From a bacterium (lineage in GTDB: Bacteria > 4484-113 > JAFGCY01): a stretch of DNA of 64,000 nucleotides. The position numbers were made by a program, and so were the translations under genes. The stretch lies in the NCBI GenBank assembly GCA_041395205.1, contig JAWLAZ010000002.1, forward strand, positions 119,589 through 183,588. The letters run 5' to 3'. Below, piece by piece: positions 61,897-64,000 of this stretch (the stretch's first letter is position 1; each line of letters starts with the position of its first letter). Below the pieces are notes generated by a model. It ran no database searches. It had not been told where the DNA came from and saw only the letters and a list, made by a program, of their open reading frames with translations.

Positions 61897-63720
61897 ATGT
61901 CAGACGCAGCCATGCAGCAGAACCAGGGCCTCGTGTGGGACCTGGACAGCTATTTCAAGGAATTCAATGGGCCGGAGATGCTGGCCTTCAAGGACACCCT
62001 GCGCAGTGAAATGGCGCAGATGCAGCAGGAAGCGGCAGACCTCGGCCAGCTCGGCAGCGAGACCGCCGATGCCTGGGCCGGACTGCTGGTCCGCAGTGAG
62101 AACTGGGGTTCGCGCTTCTACCATGTTTCCTCCTATGTCGGCTGCCTGAGCGCCGCCGATGCCCGCAATGCGGCCTACACCTCCGAGCAGGCCGTGCTGA
62201 GCCTGATCGGCGCGGAGAGCGCGAAGTTCGGCGTGGACGTGCTGCGCGCCTTCAAGGGCGTTGACGACGCCGTGTTCTCGGCCTTCGCCGCGCGTCCCGA
62301 ACTCGAGGGCATGGGCCACTACCTGGCGCGGATCCGTGAGCAGGCCGAGTACCGCATGCAGCCCGAGCTGGAGAAGCTCGCCGCCGACCTGAGCGTGGAC
62401 GGCTTCGCCACCTGGGGCCGGCTCTACGACACGGTTTCCGGCAAGCTCGAATTCGAGATGGAAGTCAACGGCGAGAAGAAGCAGGTGCCGATCTCCCAGT
62501 GGCGCTCGATGATGAGCGACGTTGACAGGGAGAAGGGCCGCGCTGCCTTCGAGGCCGGCAACCGCGCCTGGGCCGGGGTCACGGACATCTGCGCCGCCGC
62601 CCTGAATGCCATCGCCGGCACGCGCCTGACGCTCAACCGCCGCCGCGGGATCCCGCACTTCCTGGAGCCCGCACTGTTCCAGGCCAAGATGAGCAAGCCC
62701 TCACTGGATGCGATGTACACGGCGATCCATGACAACATCGCCGTTGCCAGGGACATCTTCAAGGCCAAGGCCGAGTTCATGGGCCGTCCCGGCATCTGCT
62801 GGTATGAGAAGGAAGCCCCGCTGCCGCTGGAGAGCGACTCCACCTACACCTGGCAGCAGGGCAGTGACATGGTCAGCGAGGCCTTCCACAAGGTCTACCC
62901 GGCGCTTGGCGAGTATTACGACAGGTTCATTGAACAGCGCTGGATGGAGAGCGAGGTCCGCCCGGGCAAGCGTCCCGGCGCGTTCTGCACGGGCTCACCG
63001 CATACCGGCGAGCAGCGCGTCTACATGACCTTCAACGGTTCGCTCGGCGATGTGACAACGCTCGCCCATGAGATGGGCCATGCCTGGCACGGGCACCTGC
63101 TGAAGGAACTGCGGCCCTTCGCGCGGCAGTATCCGATGACGCTCGCCGAGACGGCGTCGATCTTCGCCGAGCACATCCTCGCCGACGGGATCTACGCCGA
63201 CGAGTCGATCAGCGACAGCGCCAAGCTGCAGATGCTGGATGCCGACCTCAACGGTGCGGCCGTGCTGCTGCTGGACATCACCACACGCTATGAATTCGAG
63301 AAGGCCTTCCACGAGGAGCGCGAGCAGGGTACGCTCAGTGTCGAGCGCTTCAGCGCGCTGATGGTCGAAACCCAGAAGCGCGTGCTGGGCGATGCGATGC
63401 CGGAGGGCGGCGAGGACCCGCTGTTCTGGGCCAGCAAGCTGCACTTCTACATCACGGGCGTGAGCTTCTACAACTACCCCTACACCGTGGGCTTCCTGCT
63501 GGCGCGCAACCTTGCCAACAGGCTGCATCAGGAAGGCAGCAGCTTCCTGCCGAAGTACGAGGCCTTCCTGATGATGACCGGCAGCGCGACCGTTGAGGAA
63601 TGCGTTGCCAAATGCCTGGATGACGATGCGACGAAGCCTGAGTTCTGGGCGGCGAGCATCAACAGCCTGCGTCCCGAGGTTGACAAGTACCGTGAACTGC
63701 TGCGGGCCCGCAAGGCCTGA
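61897..63720 (+). CDS. pepF: oligoendopeptidase F (M3B metallopeptidase)
   Basis: 607 aa. Contains the zinc motif TLAHEMGHAWH with downstream ETASIFAE (third ligand Glu). The overall length is typical of PepF. GGGAGGAAG Shine-Dalgarno upstream. Confidence 0.9.
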   Translation: MSDAAMQQNQGLVWDLDSYFKEFNGPEMLAFKDTLRSEMAQMQQEAADLGQLGSETADAWAGLLVRSENWGSRFYHVSSYVGCLSAADARNAAYTSEQAVLSLIGAESAKFGVDVLRAFKGVDDAVFSAFAARPELEGMGHYLARIREQAEYRMQPELEKLAADLSVDGFATWGRLYDTVSGKLEFEMEVNGEKKQVPISQWRSMMSDVDREKGRAAFEAGNRAWAGVTDICAAALNAIAGTRLTLNRRRGIPHFLEPALFQAKMSKPSLDAMYTAIHDNIAVARDIFKAKAEFMGRPGICWYEKEAPLPLESDSTYTWQQGSDMVSEAFHKVYPALGEYYDRFIEQRWMESEVRPGKRPGAFCTGSPHTGEQRVYMTFNGSLGDVTTLAHEMGHAWHGHLLKELRPFARQYPMTLAETASIFAEHILADGIYADESISDSAKLQMLDADLNGAAVLLLDITTRYEFEKAFHEEREQGTLSVERFSALMVETQKRVLGDAMPEGGEDPLFWASKLHFYITGVSFYNYPYTVGFLLARNLANRLHQEGSSFLPKYEAFLMMTGSATVEECVAKCLDDDATKPEFWAASINSLRPEVDKYRELLRARKA

Positions 63721-63744
63721 ACCACAGCTGCAAGCTGAAATGAT

Positions 63745-63780
63745 GAGGGGAACGGCATGCCGTTCCCCTCTGCGTTTTCT
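63745..63780 (+). terminator. rho-independent terminator of pepF
   Basis: GAGGGGAACGGCA/TGCCGTTCCCCTC, a perfect 13-bp-arm palindrome, followed by TGCGTTTTCT. Confidence 0.8.
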
Positions 63781-63810
63781 GTCAGTGTTCAGGCGCCAGT
63801 TACAAAGGCA

Positions 63811-63850
63811 AACAAAAATGACACCGATTGTCAGGCGATAGCATATCGCC
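63811..63850 (-). terminator. possible terminator of the right-edge gene
   Basis: Reverse strand: GGCGATA-tgc-TATCGCC, then TGACA-atcgg-TGTCA, followed by TTTTTGTTTG. Confidence 0.45.
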
Positions 63851-63856
63851 GCTAAT

Positions 63857-64000
63857 TCAGGGCTTGATTTCCTGCTCCTGCTTCTCACGGTTGAGCTGGT
63901 TGACTGTCTGCTGCAGTTCCTCCACCTGGCGCTGCAGTTCCAGCAGCTTCGCATCCAGGTCCTCCAGCCTGACCCGCTCCTCGCGGAAGCTGTCTATCTC
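63857..64000 (-). CDS. C-terminal 47 aa of a coiled-coil protein (N-terminus beyond the right edge)
   Basis: Manual translation of the reverse strand gives ...EIDSFREERVRLEDLDAKLLELQRQVEELQQTVNQLNREKQEQEIKP*. The frame is open to the window edge and third codon positions are GC-rich. Confidence 0.45.
   Translation of the reverse strand, partial: EIDSFREERVRLEDLDAKLLELQRQVEELQQTVNQLNREKQEQEIKP

Overview
This is a 64-kb, GC-rich segment; sampled lines run about 60-70% GC. It is densely packed with about 58 protein genes and one tRNA. It looks like core chromosome of a diderm bacterium, judged from lpxB, an LptC-like gene and BamB-like beta-propeller lipoproteins.

Recognisable housekeeping genes:
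- Cell envelope and division: mreB, lpxB, glmU-prs, comEC.
- Translation and RNA: trmL, queF, alaS, rpsT, glyQS, tRNA-Lys(CUU), an ABC-F ATPase.
- Transport: nhaA, corA.
- Metabolism: thiolase, an aroE-like gene, LDH-type mdh, acyl-CoA dehydrogenase, ribE-ribBA, pepF.

I saw no rRNA, CRISPR array, transposase, integrase or phage structural gene. Many long ORFs in the track are antisense shadows of real genes, as expected at this GC content. Several track ORFs also carry spurious N-terminal extensions, and I re-called those starts.

Observations most worth follow-up:
1. At least 17 genes and the tRNA have a TAnnnT -10-like hexamer 6-11 nt upstream of the start codon or mature 5' end. This implies widespread leaderless or near-leaderless expression, and it helps pick start codons.
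2. A 560-bp non-coding block lies between convergent genes at 15.4-16.0 kb. It holds two copies of a GTGCGACA-N5-TGTCGCAC palindrome and other repeats, and may be an ncRNA or regulatory locus.
3. A roughly 2-kb low-GC (about 50%) four-gene module of unknown function sits at 59.7-61.7 kb. It encodes one cytoplasmic protein and three small membrane proteins.
4. A 1672-aa surface lipoprotein combines cohesin-like and dockerin-like modules, 10 PKD domains and an Asp-box propeller. Two tandem paralogous propeller lipoproteins lie next to it.
5. A lipoprotein fuses a metallophosphoesterase-like domain to a tetraheme (4 x CxxCH) cytochrome c.

All functional calls rest on motif recognition by eye. 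No database search was run.
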